From a candidate division FCPU426 bacterium (GTDB lineage Bacteria > Oederibacteriota > PGYV01 > Palsa-1178), in contig CAWIXE010000002.1 in NCBI GenBank assembly GCA_963840035.1, forward strand, positions 864,001-928,000: a stretch of 64,000 nt of DNA, written 5' to 3'. Within the stretch, counting starts at the first letter, position 1; every line of letters begins with the position of its first letter. Shown here in pieces: positions 1 through 10,283 of this stretch. A program made the translations under genes and the position numbers. The notes below the pieces were generated by a model that made no database searches, was not told where the DNA came from, and saw only the letters and a program-made list of their open reading frames with translations.

Positions 1-72
1 ACCATATACGGCAGCGCCAGCGGCACAAACCCGGAATACAGGCCGCTGCTTTCGGTTTATTATACGCTGTAA
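1..72 (+). CDS. 3' end of a DNRLRE-like domain protein (partial, runs off window)
   Basis: Hand translation TIYGSASGTNPEYRPLLSVYYTL* matches the C-termini of the paralogs at 19863 (RPKLTVYYTLK) and 39878 (RPKLTIYYSLP). Confidence 0.7.
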   Translation, partial: TIYGSASGTNPEYRPLLSVYYTL

Positions 73-144
73 AAAAAACTAATTTCTGATAAAGTCATAC
101 AATACGCGCAAAGTTCCGTGTGTTGGTTTAAATTGGAAATTGTC

Positions 145-1500
145 TTATTGCACATCCACCGTATTACTCCCCGCCGGCAGTGCCGGAGTTCCCGTGTCCG
201 TCATGTAAACCGTGTGGGTTCCCGTTGCCGAAAACAGCATAATAAAAGAGCCATACCCGTGTGAGACTGACACATTGTGCGGCAGCGGGTATCCGTCAAT
301 TGTGGCTCCTGCGTCAGTGGATGTGACCCTGTATTCTGTTGAAGCCGAATAGACGCTGTGGTCAAAAGAATCCCTCACACTGTAATACACTGATATCTGT
401 TCCCCGAGTGTAATGACAGAAGGCGCAGGCGTTATGTTTAAATGGTCAGCCGCGCCGTATATGCCTATTGGCGGAGTCGTGTGATCTGAGAATCCGGAAC
501 GCGAGGCGGTAAAATCATGATAACCTGCCGCGGTGTTTGTATATAATGCTGCTGCGCTGCCTGTATATGCGCCTGCTGTTACTGTAACATAAACGCCTGA
601 GGAACACAGTACTCCGTCTATAACCGCGAGCGGGTCTGACGACGATATCAGGGGATAATTCACGGCGGAATTTGTAACCCTGTTATAATAGTCGTCAACT
701 AAAAGCAGCGTAAGCCCGAAAAGGCCGCCCTCTTTTTCAGGACGAGGCACGCCGACATAACCATAGTCCGTCATCACCGTGCCCGGGGCGCGGCCCGGCA
801 TGTGCGTCATGCCTTCCACAAGCATGAGCATCTTTGCGGGGTAACCTGAAGTAATTCTAAAACCGTTGCTTACGCCTGTTATAAGGCCATACATTAAATT
901 TATAGTTTCCATATCAGAAGAGGCCCTGTACATTGTGACATTCATCTGCGTGAAACCATTTGTGAAAAAAGTTGTCCTGTCCGGAAAAATACAGTATTCA
1001 GACTGGCTGTAGTCGTTGCTCGCCTGAAGTCCTGCCAAGGCGCCTGTTAAGCCGCAGGCTATGGTTGTCTCCCCTGCGTCAGCCCACGCTGTTATGGAAA
1101 CGGAAAACGGAACACCGGCAACCTGGTCCACAATCCCCGCTCCGCCGGGAGCTTTTATGGTGAAGTGGTCAACAAGTTTTATGGTTGCTGTGGCCGTAGC
1201 GGTGGCCGTAGGTGAAACCGTACAGGTATCCGTAATGGTCCCTGTCGCTGTACGTGTAATGGTTATGGTTTTTGTGGGTGAAGCGGTTGCTGTGTCCGTG
1301 ATTGTCTGCGATGCGGTATATGTCGCGGTAACAGTGGCTGTCGCCTGAGGCGTTTGCGTGGATGTCATGGTGTTTGTGGCTGTGTTTGATAAAACAGGCC
1401 CTGTAGGCACGGCTTTCTTATGGCATCCGTTTAGCACAAGAATCACTGCAGACACCGCCAATAAACCTTTGAATAATCTCAAATACCCCACGTCACACAA
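145..1500 (-). CDS. Lipoprotein with Thr-rich stalk and Ig-like beta-sandwich repeats
   Basis: Lipobox LNGC, a (T-x)n tract, then beta-rich repeats (DHFTI../DHLNI..). The start may be GTG at 1491 given RBS spacing. Confidence 0.75.
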   Translation of the reverse strand: MCDVGYLRLFKGLLAVSAVILVLNGCHKKAVPTGPVLSNTATNTMTSTQTPQATATVTATYTASQTITDTATASPTKTITITRTATGTITDTCTVSPTATATATATIKLVDHFTIKAPGGAGIVDQVAGVPFSVSITAWADAGETTIACGLTGALAGLQASNDYSQSEYCIFPDRTTFFTNGFTQMNVTMYRASSDMETINLMYGLITGVSNGFRITSGYPAKMLMLVEGMTHMPGRAPGTVMTDYGYVGVPRPEKEGGLFGLTLLLVDDYYNRVTNSAVNYPLISSSDPLAVIDGVLCSSGVYVTVTAGAYTGSAAALYTNTAAGYHDFTASRSGFSDHTTPPIGIYGAADHLNITPAPSVITLGEQISVYYSVRDSFDHSVYSASTEYRVTSTDAGATIDGYPLPHNVSVSHGYGSFIMLFSATGTHTVYMTDTGTPALPAGSNTVDVQ

Positions 1501-1530
1501 CTCCTCTAAAACATAATTATATTATATTTT

Positions 1531-1570
1531 GTTCAGGTAGCCGCAGCCATCATGCGGCGGCTACCTGAAC
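1531..1570. terminator. 14-bp perfect hairpin (terminator or REP-like)
   Basis: gttcaggtagccgc...gcggctacctgaac, just downstream of 1600..2784. Confidence 0.6.
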
Positions 1571-1599
1571 GAGTTCAATTAAAAATTTGAAATAAGAAA

Positions 1600-2784
1600 T
1601 TAGAAATAAAAGAGCAGTTTCGGCACTACCATGCACGGCACAAAGTCATAAACAGCCAGTTCCGCCTCGAGCATCAGGTCAAATTGCGTGTCCAGGGAGA
1701 AACGCATGCCCGCGCCGATGTTTGTCATTTTATAAACCTTGAAGAAATTTGCCATCTCGCGCTGGGTGGACATATCCAGGGCAATGCCGAGCCTCGCCAT
1801 TATGTACGGGCTTACGGTACCGTCAAAGAAGTAATAATTCGCCCCTGCGGTGATAGGCACATCTATGCTGCCGATGGATACGCCATTGCCGAAGTCGCTT
1901 GATGGAAATGAGAAAAACTGGGGGCTTACCATTATTCGCGCGCCTATGTCAGCGATGAAGTTCCTGCTGAACTGGTAGCCAAAGCGCGATTCTATGTTAA
2001 TGAACCCGGACGTGCCGTTTAAGGCCACTGAGTATCCCGCGGCAAACGCTTTCCTGACTCCTGAATTAAGGAAATAATCAGCCTCTGTCGGCTGCACGAG
2101 TTCTTTTTCAGGGGCGTCTTTGGCAAGGGCCTTTACAAGGCTTATGCCGTTAAAGTTTTTCTTGAAGTTTTCTTCGGCCTTCTTTAAATTATCAACCACT
2201 TCTATCTTTGTTATTTTGTTGAATTCATCCCTGTATACGGTTATATCGCCTATATATACCGCCCTTCCTGCCGCGCCGGTTTCTATCTTGTAATTTAACG
2301 GCACGTATTCAAATTTAGTGTTCAACTGTTGGGTCGGAGGGGAGGTCTGCATTACCATCTGTCCGCCCATGTTAACCCACGTTGTCGTGCCGGGGACTGT
2401 TATCCAGTAATATTTTGTGCATACTGCGCCTGATAGAAAGTAAACCGGCTCGCCGGCCGTGAATACGGCGTAAAATTGCTCGCCCATTTTCGCGTTGATA
2501 CGGCCTTCCCATTCCCTGCCGGTCAAAGCCTGTGTCTTCGCGCCGTTTACTTTTTTATATATCCTGCCGTTTAACAGGACCATTATATTCCTGTAATCGT
2601 CGGCTCCGGCGCCCGTTAAATCCTGCTCAGCGTCGGTAAAAGGAGGCAATACTGTTATTTTTCCCGTGACTATGACTTCCCCCTGCCCCAGGTCCGCGTT
2701 ACTTGCGGCCATCTTGCGTCCGGGCGAAGCGCACGAACAAAACAAAAAAATGAGTACGGTTAAAGCCGCAAAAGTTCTCTTCAT
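1600..2784 (-). CDS. Lipoprotein with C-terminal outer-membrane beta-barrel-like domain
   Basis: Lipobox FCSC; the last ~150 aa are amphipathic strands (SPYIMARLG, GAGMRF) ending in YF. Confidence 0.7.
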   Translation of the reverse strand: MKRTFAALTVLIFLFCSCASPGRKMAASNADLGQGEVIVTGKITVLPPFTDAEQDLTGAGADDYRNIMVLLNGRIYKKVNGAKTQALTGREWEGRINAKMGEQFYAVFTAGEPVYFLSGAVCTKYYWITVPGTTTWVNMGGQMVMQTSPPTQQLNTKFEYVPLNYKIETGAAGRAVYIGDITVYRDEFNKITKIEVVDNLKKAEENFKKNFNGISLVKALAKDAPEKELVQPTEADYFLNSGVRKAFAAGYSVALNGTSGFINIESRFGYQFSRNFIADIGARIMVSPQFFSFPSSDFGNGVSIGSIDVPITAGANYYFFDGTVSPYIMARLGIALDMSTQREMANFFKVYKMTNIGAGMRFSLDTQFDLMLEAELAVYDFVPCMVVPKLLFYF

Positions 2785-3308
2785 TGGTTTTCCTCCAGAG
2801 TTTTTAGTCTTTCGTTTAATATTTTTTCCCAGCGGCTCCCCTTTGCGAAAAACGCCGCTTTTTTTAATACTTCAGCCTCATCAGGCGCGTCAATTTTCTC
2901 CAGGCTGTACTCTTTATTTATAAATCCTTTGCTTATTACTTTAAAAGAACCCAAAAAATACGCGCCTGGTTTTTCCAGGTGGAAACCCGGGGCAGACCAT
3001 CCCAGGTCCACAGGTTCCATGGAGTTGCCGAAGCTCCCCAGCTGATAAGCGCCTTTGCGCAGGTTGCCCTGTATGAATACGCCGTTTACCGTCCAGCAGG
3101 CGTATGTGTAATGCTGGTCTTTGGGCGTTACCTGAATCAGGTCCACCCATTCCGGCGAGTTTACATTTCCCTGTACGAATCCGTAAGCGAATACATTCTC
3201 TTCAGGATTCCCACGGATGTAATCCTTAAGCGACGAGCATCCGGATGTGGAAAACAGGATTATAAAAAGAAAAAGAAATAACACAATGTTTTTTACGGAG
3301 CTTTTCAC
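2781..3308 (-). CDS. Hypothetical lipoprotein
   Basis: Lipobox TSGC; stop overlaps the next start (ATGA). Confidence 0.75.
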   Translation of the reverse strand: MKSSVKNIVLFLFLFIILFSTSGCSSLKDYIRGNPEENVFAYGFVQGNVNSPEWVDLIQVTPKDQHYTYACWTVNGVFIQGNLRKGAYQLGSFGNSMEPVDLGWSAPGFHLEKPGAYFLGSFKVISKGFINKEYSLEKIDAPDEAEVLKKAAFFAKGSRWEKILNERLKTLEENQ

Positions 3309-3484
3309 GAACCCTCCCAGGTTTGTAATAACCGGAATATTATAACAGAAAAAATGATCAACAGTTATGATATGAACGTTATTTTAGACCGCAGTTTTAC
3401 TTCAAACAACAAAAACATTAATATGATTGTTAATCCGGCATTCATTATAAACTTAATGCGCGGGTATGTAATTATGGAAGAATA

Positions 3485-4399
3485 TTATTTCAAAATATAC
3501 CTGCGCTCATCACATTCGGTATTTAAAGTGCCTGCGGGGTCCGTCCCCGGAAAAATACCCGGTCCGGCGGATCCCAATTGTATCACGTAACACCAGGTAT
3601 TATAGTAACCGCTGAGTGTGTATATGGCCGGGTTGACCGGAAAAGGGCTGGCCGGATTCATGTTCGTTGATGAGTTAAAAACCTGGGCTGACAGCGGGTC
3701 ATAAATGGTAACATCGAGCCTCGGGGTAATGCTTCCTAATACTACAGAAAGCCCGTCATCCTGCATTGCGGGCATGCTGGGCATCTGGTTTGTTCCCGAA
3801 AAAGTCATGTCCCCTATGGTTACATTCACGGTGTAATTTGCTTCAGGCACAAGATTAGTATAGGTAGTCAGGGCGTATTCAGATCCCCAGTAAGAACCTG
3901 AATAACCCAAATAATTTATAGTGTAAGTTTCCACAGGCACATCTGTTTTCACCACAACAACTGTAGCGTCAGGTACCGGGGTTCCATTCTGGGATACATA
4001 TATGGATATATATGAAGCGTCGCCTTTAATATAGCGCAATGAAGCCCCGATCCTGGGTGTACCCAGTGGCGTGGGTGTGATGGTTACAGTGGCGGTTGGG
4101 GTGGCGGTTTGTGTGTGTGTCGGTGAATCCGTAATGGTGCCGGTCATGGTTACGGAAGGAGTTGTGGTAAGGGTTACTGTGTCAGTGGGCGTGCTGGTAT
4201 TTGTGCCGGTAGCAGTCACGGTATTAGTTGCGGTGGCTGTGTTTTCCGGGGTGTCGGTTGATGTGACGGTGCTTGTGGCGGTGCGCGTTGGCGCGGAAGG
4301 CTCCGGCGCTGCCGGCGAATTATTTTTTTTACATCCCGGGACAAATAAAGCGGCAATAAACATCGCGCAAACCGAAACAATTAATAATGCGTTTTTCAT
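3485..4399 (-). CDS. Thr-rich stalk lipoprotein
   Basis: VPGC-KKNNSP lipobox and long (T-x)n tract; GGAGG RBS; TTGCAA-17-TATAAT at 4432-4460. Confidence 0.8.
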   Translation of the reverse strand: MKNALLIVSVCAMFIAALFVPGCKKNNSPAAPEPSAPTRTATSTVTSTDTPENTATATNTVTATGTNTSTPTDTVTLTTTPSVTMTGTITDSPTHTQTATPTATVTITPTPLGTPRIGASLRYIKGDASYISIYVSQNGTPVPDATVVVVKTDVPVETYTINYLGYSGSYWGSEYALTTYTNLVPEANYTVNVTIGDMTFSGTNQMPSMPAMQDDGLSVVLGSITPRLDVTIYDPLSAQVFNSSTNMNPASPFPVNPAIYTLSGYYNTWCYVIQLGSAGPGIFPGTDPAGTLNTECDERRYILK

Positions 4400-4547
4400 A
4401 AACCCTCCACCCGTTAATTTTAACTTGTAGGATTATATTACTTTTGGATTGTTATTGCAATGTATAAATGCCGGATGTTATTGTAAATAATAGTGTGTAA
4501 ACTCACTTTGGCCTTTAAATATCTTTGTTTTCATTAGAAGCGGCTTT

Positions 4548-4638
4548 CACCCCTCTCCTCTTAGGAGAGGGGCAGGGGTGAGGTGAAACCAATTGTCTTA
4601 TTCCCCTCACCCTACCCTCTCCCAAATGGGAGAGGGAT
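4548..4638. repeat. Paired REP-like palindromes (CCCTCTCC..GGAGAGGG family)
   Basis: cccctctcctcttaggagaggggcaggggtgagg ... cccctcaccctaccctctcccaaatgggagaggg. Confidence 0.75.
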
Positions 4639-4784
4639 AAAAGAACAAATCAATTTACACACAATTAATGACAGTATCATGCCGGATCGGGAACAGAACC
4701 TCCCTGAGTCATGTACCGCGACCGACTTGTCTTTATCAGGTTTTAACTGTATGATGTAGCTATAAAATTTTGAAGGTGCAATCA

Positions 4785-5441
4785 ATGTCAAAAAAGTGGA
4801 CTACAGCGCAAAACAGCGTCATTACCCTCACGGTTTCAGGCCGCAACAACGTATATCTGGTTGAATCAAGCCCGGTTATCATGTTGGTTGACGCCGGCAT
4901 GGGATACATGTATGACAACCTTCTTTCAAAGATAAATAAATCCGGGGTGAAGCCTTCAATTATCGCCATAACGCACGCCCACTTTGACCATGCTGAAAAC
5001 ACAGAAAGGCTTAAGGCGTATTTTATGGCGAAAGTACTGGTCCACAAAGCCGAAGCCCCTCATCTTGCGTCGGGTGTCAACCCCGAAGACGAGCCTGTCG
5101 CGGGAACATTTACAATCGAAGGCGAAAATTATCCGCCTGTTACGGCTGATTTGATCGTTGAAGACGGGTACAAACCCGGCGGAGGAATTGTTATATTGCA
5201 TACACCGGGTCATACGCCCGGGTCAATAAGTGTTGTTATTGATAATGAGATAGCCATTGTCGGCGACTCCATGTTCAGCGTCAAGCCTGGCCAGGCTATG
5301 GTGCCTTATGTAATGGACAGAAAGAGGCTGTTAAAAAGCTGGGAAAAATTATTTATGACCGGTTGCTCCCTGTTCCTGCCGGCCCATGGAAGGCCGGTCT
5401 CAAGAAAAACCGCCGAAGAAGAATATGAGAGATATATTTAA
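4785..5441 (+). CDS. MBL-fold metallo-hydrolase (glyoxalase II-like)
   Basis: THAHFDH, HTPGHTPGS, GD and PAHG motifs. The ORF track starts at TTG 4770; ATG 4785 has the better RBS. Confidence 0.9.
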   Translation: MSKKWTTAQNSVITLTVSGRNNVYLVESSPVIMLVDAGMGYMYDNLLSKINKSGVKPSIIAITHAHFDHAENTERLKAYFMAKVLVHKAEAPHLASGVNPEDEPVAGTFTIEGENYPPVTADLIVEDGYKPGGGIVILHTPGHTPGSISVVIDNEIAIVGDSMFSVKPGQAMVPYVMDRKRLLKSWEKLFMTGCSLFLPAHGRPVSRKTAEEEYERYI

Positions 5442-5497
5442 TTCAATTATGCCATGATGATAAATCTGAAATTGACAACAGCGGAATATTTGTAAAT

Positions 5498-5541
5498 AAA
5501 AAAGCGCGGAATTACCGGCAATATGGTAATTCCGCGCTTTT
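5498..5541. terminator. Bidirectional intrinsic terminator
   Basis: aaaaaagcgcggaattacc-ggcaatat-ggtaattccgcgcttttt between convergent genes. Confidence 0.85.
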
Positions 5542-5547
5542 TATATT

Positions 5548-6735
5548 TTAAGCTTTTGTTTCAGGCGCGGGTACAGCCGCTACAGGCTTCTTTAACTTCC
5601 CCAATGCCAGTACAACAACCACGGCTGTCAGAATCAGCGCCACGCCAAGTACGGGCCTGACAACGAGCCAGGCAATGGCGATGGTAACTAAAGTCAGTAC
5701 AAGCGATAAAAGGAAAAGCACAAAGCCTGTTATTGCGCCGAATATGTTCGCCAGGAAAGGCAGTATGGCCAGAAGTGTCCGCAGCGGGTTTACCAGCAGC
5801 TGAAGGCCGAAGAACATGCATAAAAGTCCGGCAAGCCTGAGCACCCATGTCATTATGGCGTTCGCGGTGCGTTCCATGTTTATGATATCGGCGGAGGTGT
5901 GTATGCCGTCTTTTAATATTTCAAATGACTTTCCGCTTTTTGCCGTGTATGCCTCAAAGGTTTTTAAAACCTGCCTCGCCATTACTGTGACCGGCTGTTT
6001 CGGGCCTGTGAGCATGAATGTAAGCTTATAATCCCCTATTTTCGGGCTGTCAAATACAGGCTTATAATTTGTGCCGTAATACAGCGAGCCGGCTTCAAGG
6101 GTGGAGTAGCTGCGTATTTTAGAGGGCATTTTTTTCTTGTCTGCCACATTAAGGGCGACAGCCTGTGCCCCACCGATTTTTGATATAAGCTCCGCCGGCA
6201 GTTTATACGCGCCGAGTTTAACGTTTTCAGCCAGGTATTCCTTGGTCTTATATTTCATGGCGGGGTTTGTGTGGCCTTCAGGGCGCTTGAATTTTGAAGA
6301 GTCATTATACGAAGACGACCACTGTTTTTCATAGCTGTATGTAGTGGTTGTCTCGGATGAACCGCCTGTTTTTTCAGTGGTCTTGCTTTCGGACCTCTCA
6401 ACCCACTGGTACATTTCCGTTTCCCTTGTCAGGCTGATGCCTTTAAAGGATAATTCGACGAGAGTATCTTTAAGCGAGTCGGAAGTTTCGGCATTGCCGT
6501 TTGTGCAGACAAGTTTTCCTTCATTGGCCGTGTTCACGGAGTCAGCGGAAACTGTAATAACGTTCTTTTCCATTTCCGCTATGGCCCTGTAGACCTTTAC
6601 CGAGTTGTCTTCGTTGAAGAAAAGAAGGAAAAAAGAACCGAAAAAGAGCACGAGGCCGAAGAGAACTCCGCCTATAGAATCTTTAAGACGCGAACCATAA
6701 GATTTAGTTGTTGTTTCCGTAAATGTATCAGCCAT
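5548..6735 (-). CDS. TMEM43 / DUF1625 family membrane protein
   Basis: N-terminal TM ending FFNE, NEGKLV, R.TEMYQWVE, YEKQWS, GHTNP, and three C-terminal TMs. Confidence 0.88.
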   Translation of the reverse strand: MADTFTETTTKSYGSRLKDSIGGVLFGLVLFFGSFFLLFFNEDNSVKVYRAIAEMEKNVITVSADSVNTANEGKLVCTNGNAETSDSLKDTLVELSFKGISLTRETEMYQWVERSESKTTEKTGGSSETTTTYSYEKQWSSSYNDSSKFKRPEGHTNPAMKYKTKEYLAENVKLGAYKLPAELISKIGGAQAVALNVADKKKMPSKIRSYSTLEAGSLYYGTNYKPVFDSPKIGDYKLTFMLTGPKQPVTVMARQVLKTFEAYTAKSGKSFEILKDGIHTSADIINMERTANAIMTWVLRLAGLLCMFFGLQLLVNPLRTLLAILPFLANIFGAITGFVLFLLSLVLTLVTIAIAWLVVRPVLGVALILTAVVVVLALGKLKKPVAAVPAPETKA

Positions 6736-6872
6736 GTTTTTACCTCCCGTTTATTAGCGCAAGTTAACCCGATTATGAATTTATATTAACACTTTTTAAG
6801 TTTTTTTCCATACTTTTATGCTAAATATTATATGTACTTGGTTTATAGTGATTATTAGCCGTTCAATACCGG

Positions 6873-7241
6873 CTATATCTTCGTGTACTCTTCAGAACCA
6901 AATAATGAAAGTATGAACATCGCGCCTATCGTTGAAACAACCCCTATCATCACATAATCAAAACCGTCAAGATTGTCCAAGTCAAGGTTTGAATAACTTA
7001 CCCTGGGTGAGCTCCAGGATTTTTCCTCGTCCGCCCTTTGTTTATTCCGCAGGTATGTGTTGTATTCAAAGGTGTTGTTTTTGTCGCATTCATTGCACGA
7101 GCCTACGGCCGCCATCTGCAGCCCTTTCCACGGCTCATATGCGGGTATTGTTACAGCGCCCGCGTACGCGGAAAAAACAAAAGCAGGGACGCAATTCAGC
7201 GTCAATGCCGTTACGCACAGCAAGATGATTATTTTTTTCAT
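6873..7241 (-). CDS. Hypothetical secreted/membrane protein
   Basis: Signal peptide, CxxC, C-terminal TM; RBS AGGAG. Confidence 0.6.
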   Translation of the reverse strand: MKKIIILLCVTALTLNCVPAFVFSAYAGAVTIPAYEPWKGLQMAAVGSCNECDKNNTFEYNTYLRNKQRADEEKSWSSPRVSYSNLDLDNLDGFDYVMIGVVSTIGAMFILSLFGSEEYTKI

Positions 7242-7250
7242 TGGCGTCTC

Positions 7251-7895
7251 CTAGTTCATTATGAAGTAAAGTCCGGCCTTTAATGCCGGCCCGGCGCTTA
7301 AATATGATTCGTTTAGTTTTCCGCCGGACTCCCCGCCGGCGGCGGACCCGTAAGAATTAAACCGCCACAAAAGGTCGGCGGTTAAGGCGAAGCTGGAACC
7401 CATGTTTATAACCGCGCCCGCGCCTATGTCCAGTCCGAACCCTGAAAATACCGCGTCTTTTATTACAAGCCCTTTCCGGGCCCCTCCGGCCACGGTCAGC
7501 CACTGGTAAAAGAGGTTTACCGGGATGGCGGGTTTTATGAAGAAGTCAAAATCGTCAAAAATGAACCGCGAGCCAAAGGAAACGCTGCCGTAGGAAGTAT
7601 TCAGGGCCTCGTTTAAATATTTTCCCTTCTGCTGCGTGGAGCTGAATGCGGTATTGAGCATGGCTCCTTTCATGTTCTTGCCAAGCTCCACATAAAAGCC
7701 GGCGCCCGGGTCAAGTTTTGGGAAGATAACAATCTCGTGGGAAATACCGCTGTACCGCTGCGCGTCGCCGCCGGCCATGTTATAAGCGCCGCCTCCGCCG
7801 AGATATACGCCGGCGCAGCCTGAAAGGAGGATTGCGATAAGGAAAAGTGAAACAGGGGTGAAAAACATTTTTTTAGTCATCATATTCCTGCCCAT
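7251..7895 (-). CDS. Lipoprotein with OmpA-like beta-barrel
   Basis: LSGC lipobox; amphipathic strands (GFGLDIGAG, LKAGLYF). Confidence 0.7.
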   Translation of the reverse strand: MGRNMMTKKMFFTPVSLFLIAILLSGCAGVYLGGGGAYNMAGGDAQRYSGISHEIVIFPKLDPGAGFYVELGKNMKGAMLNTAFSSTQQKGKYLNEALNTSYGSVSFGSRFIFDDFDFFIKPAIPVNLFYQWLTVAGGARKGLVIKDAVFSGFGLDIGAGAVINMGSSFALTADLLWRFNSYGSAAGGESGGKLNESYLSAGPALKAGLYFIMN

Positions 7896-8012
7896 AGTCA
7901 GTATTTAAAAACGGCCTCAGCCGGTGTCCGGCGAATCGGATATTATTATACTGAAAGCAGCGTGTATAAATCAATATTTTTTTTAAAATATTTAAGCGCG
8001 GGACCGGAACGC

Positions 8013-9494
8013 TTATTTTAGCTCCTCTTTATTTATGACGTAGTAATAACCGTCAAGTTCCGCTGCCAGGGCTGTCATTACATTCTGTTTCCAGTCATGT
8101 TTTATAATCTCGCGGGCATATCCGCCGCCGCTTTTGTATTCCCTGCATATCACAAGCGAAGATTTCTCCAGCTTTCTGCCGTCTTTTATCAGGTGTTGTT
8201 CGGTTATGTAAAAGTTCAGTTCTATGTCGCGTTTTTTATCCGCCAGGACGCTGCCGCTTATCGAGGGGCATGGTTCGTAAACCGGCGTAACAGGCTTATA
8301 GGAACTGCTGTCTTTAAAAAGCGGCGGATTTTCATTCCCTGAATATATTACCAGCGGAGTTGATTCCTTTGTTTTTCCGGCCGGCACCCATAGAGTAAAC
8401 ATTCCATAGGCATCTTTAATATATTCCCTGCCGTTTTTCCCGAGATGATAGCCTACGGAAAAAACCGAACGGTCAATTTCCTTGTCCTTATAACCGTACC
8501 GGCTTTCTGTTATCTCCATCATGAGCGTCTGGTCGCCGTACATCTTTTTATCGGAAACATTCAGGTAACCCATGGTGTACGGATTAAAGCGGCCATACCT
8601 GCGCCACCCTTCCTGTATGGGTATGAGTTCCGCGGGTTTGGCTCCGGCCCCGAAGAATACTTTCCACTTTTTAAGGTCGCTTGTTTCGGTGTTTATCAGG
8701 ATTGGAATATAGCTTTTTCCTTTATAAACCGGCTTCAGCCTCAGCCTGAAAAAGCCGTCCGGAGGCACTGTCCATGAACCCAGGGGCTGAAATTCTTCGC
8801 CTGTGCCGAATTCAAAATCTTCGCACGGCGTACCGTCCGCGTTAATAAGTTTTATTATTGCGCCGGGTTCAGCCTTAAAATTCATGCTTTCAGGCATCCG
8901 GCCTTTTGACATATCAAAGCCGTTCAGCATTGATGCCGGCGAAATATTGTTCCCCGGCCCGAAATAATTCACTGTGCCTTTGTCCGCCCTGGCGTAAAAT
9001 TCCGCCTGCGGAGCGTAACCGTGTTCATGCTCCGGCGAATAGAATCCGACGGAATAGACATCGAATTCCTTCCTTGATATGGGGCTGTCATCCTGCTTTA
9101 GGGTTTTTAATACGACCTTCGCTTTTCCAGGGCTTGATACAGGCACAAATCCCTCATACACGAATGTGCCCGCGTACGCGCCCGTCCCCTTTACCAGCAT
9201 CATCATAGAAGGCGAGTAATTTTCAGCCTGCGCGTATACAAAAGGCCGTTTAGGGTCAAAATAAATACCCGCCACTGTGCCTTTGATAAACATCATGGCA
9301 TTTTCGGTATTATACCCGATAATCCAGCCGTCAATGTAACCAAGCTTCTTGTCAATATCCACCACGGGTATCTCATCAGGATAATATATGCCGATTTTCC
9401 CGTTTGCCAAAAAAGAAAATACCGCGCACCCGGAAAAGAGAAAAGATGATATAAATGCCGCTAAAATAAATACTGCAACTTTAGTTTTTGTCAT
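8013..9494 (-). CDS. Hypothetical lipoprotein
   Basis: 493-aa ORF with FSGC lipobox; no family recognised. Confidence 0.7.
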   Translation of the reverse strand: MTKTKVAVFILAAFISSFLFSGCAVFSFLANGKIGIYYPDEIPVVDIDKKLGYIDGWIIGYNTENAMMFIKGTVAGIYFDPKRPFVYAQAENYSPSMMMLVKGTGAYAGTFVYEGFVPVSSPGKAKVVLKTLKQDDSPISRKEFDVYSVGFYSPEHEHGYAPQAEFYARADKGTVNYFGPGNNISPASMLNGFDMSKGRMPESMNFKAEPGAIIKLINADGTPCEDFEFGTGEEFQPLGSWTVPPDGFFRLRLKPVYKGKSYIPILINTETSDLKKWKVFFGAGAKPAELIPIQEGWRRYGRFNPYTMGYLNVSDKKMYGDQTLMMEITESRYGYKDKEIDRSVFSVGYHLGKNGREYIKDAYGMFTLWVPAGKTKESTPLVIYSGNENPPLFKDSSSYKPVTPVYEPCPSISGSVLADKKRDIELNFYITEQHLIKDGRKLEKSSLVICREYKSGGGYAREIIKHDWKQNVMTALAAELDGYYYVINKEELK

Positions 9495-9551
9495 TTTGTC
9501 CCCAGTGCTTTATCCGGCCGTTTTAGCGGCAGTCATTCTCTGCCCGGTTTT

Positions 9552-10250
9552 CTAATCCCACCACAGGTACAGCGTATTCCTGACCGTCATTTCGTTAGCC
9601 AGGGCTTCCAGCGTCTGCGTTCCCTGTTCCACTACATCAGGGCAGAACTTATAGACTTGTTTTGCGAAGGATTTCATATCAGCCGGTTGTTTTATAAACC
9701 TTGCTTCCAACCAGTCCCGGCCTGCGCCGGTTATCTCAAAAGAACATATCTTTTCCCATTCTTTCAGTTTATTTATAAGCATTGGGTTTGTTATGCCGTA
9801 GTTTATCCCGTCGGTACCCATGGCCCGCAGGATGTCGTACTGATCAGATGTTTTCATTACCGCAATTTCATCGGGTTTGCTGCCAAAATTCTGGTCAGAG
9901 ACAAAAATGAGCAGGCCGTTTTTCTTAAGAACCGGACTGTATTTTTTGATTATTGCTTCGGTTTTATTGTGCATTACGGTATACGCGACGGCATTGACAG
10001 CTTTTGTATTGCCGTTCTCATCAATTCCTTCAAGCGGCCTGATGGAGGCGTGAGGGGTGTTTATATAGACAATATTATAAGCATCTTTTTTTATGGATAA
10101 AGCTGTTTCAGCGGGCACACCGGCTTTTGTTATTAGCTCTTTTTCATGAGCAGAGAGATTTAAATCCGCGTTACGGAAGAATATCAGATAAACCGCCAGA
10201 AACGACCCTATTAAAAGCAACAGTTTGAACCTTTTTAACATCACACTCAT
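9552..10250 (-). CDS. DUF4253 domain protein
   Basis: FCPDVVEQG...LYLWWD C-terminus; N-terminal TM. Confidence 0.88.
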   Translation of the reverse strand: MSVMLKRFKLLLLIGSFLAVYLIFFRNADLNLSAHEKELITKAGVPAETALSIKKDAYNIVYINTPHASIRPLEGIDENGNTKAVNAVAYTVMHNKTEAIIKKYSPVLKKNGLLIFVSDQNFGSKPDEIAVMKTSDQYDILRAMGTDGINYGITNPMLINKLKEWEKICSFEITGAGRDWLEARFIKQPADMKSFAKQVYKFCPDVVEQGTQTLEALANEMTVRNTLYLWWD

Positions 10251-10283
10251 CCTTCTTATATGCGCGGCTAAAAACGCATGTAC

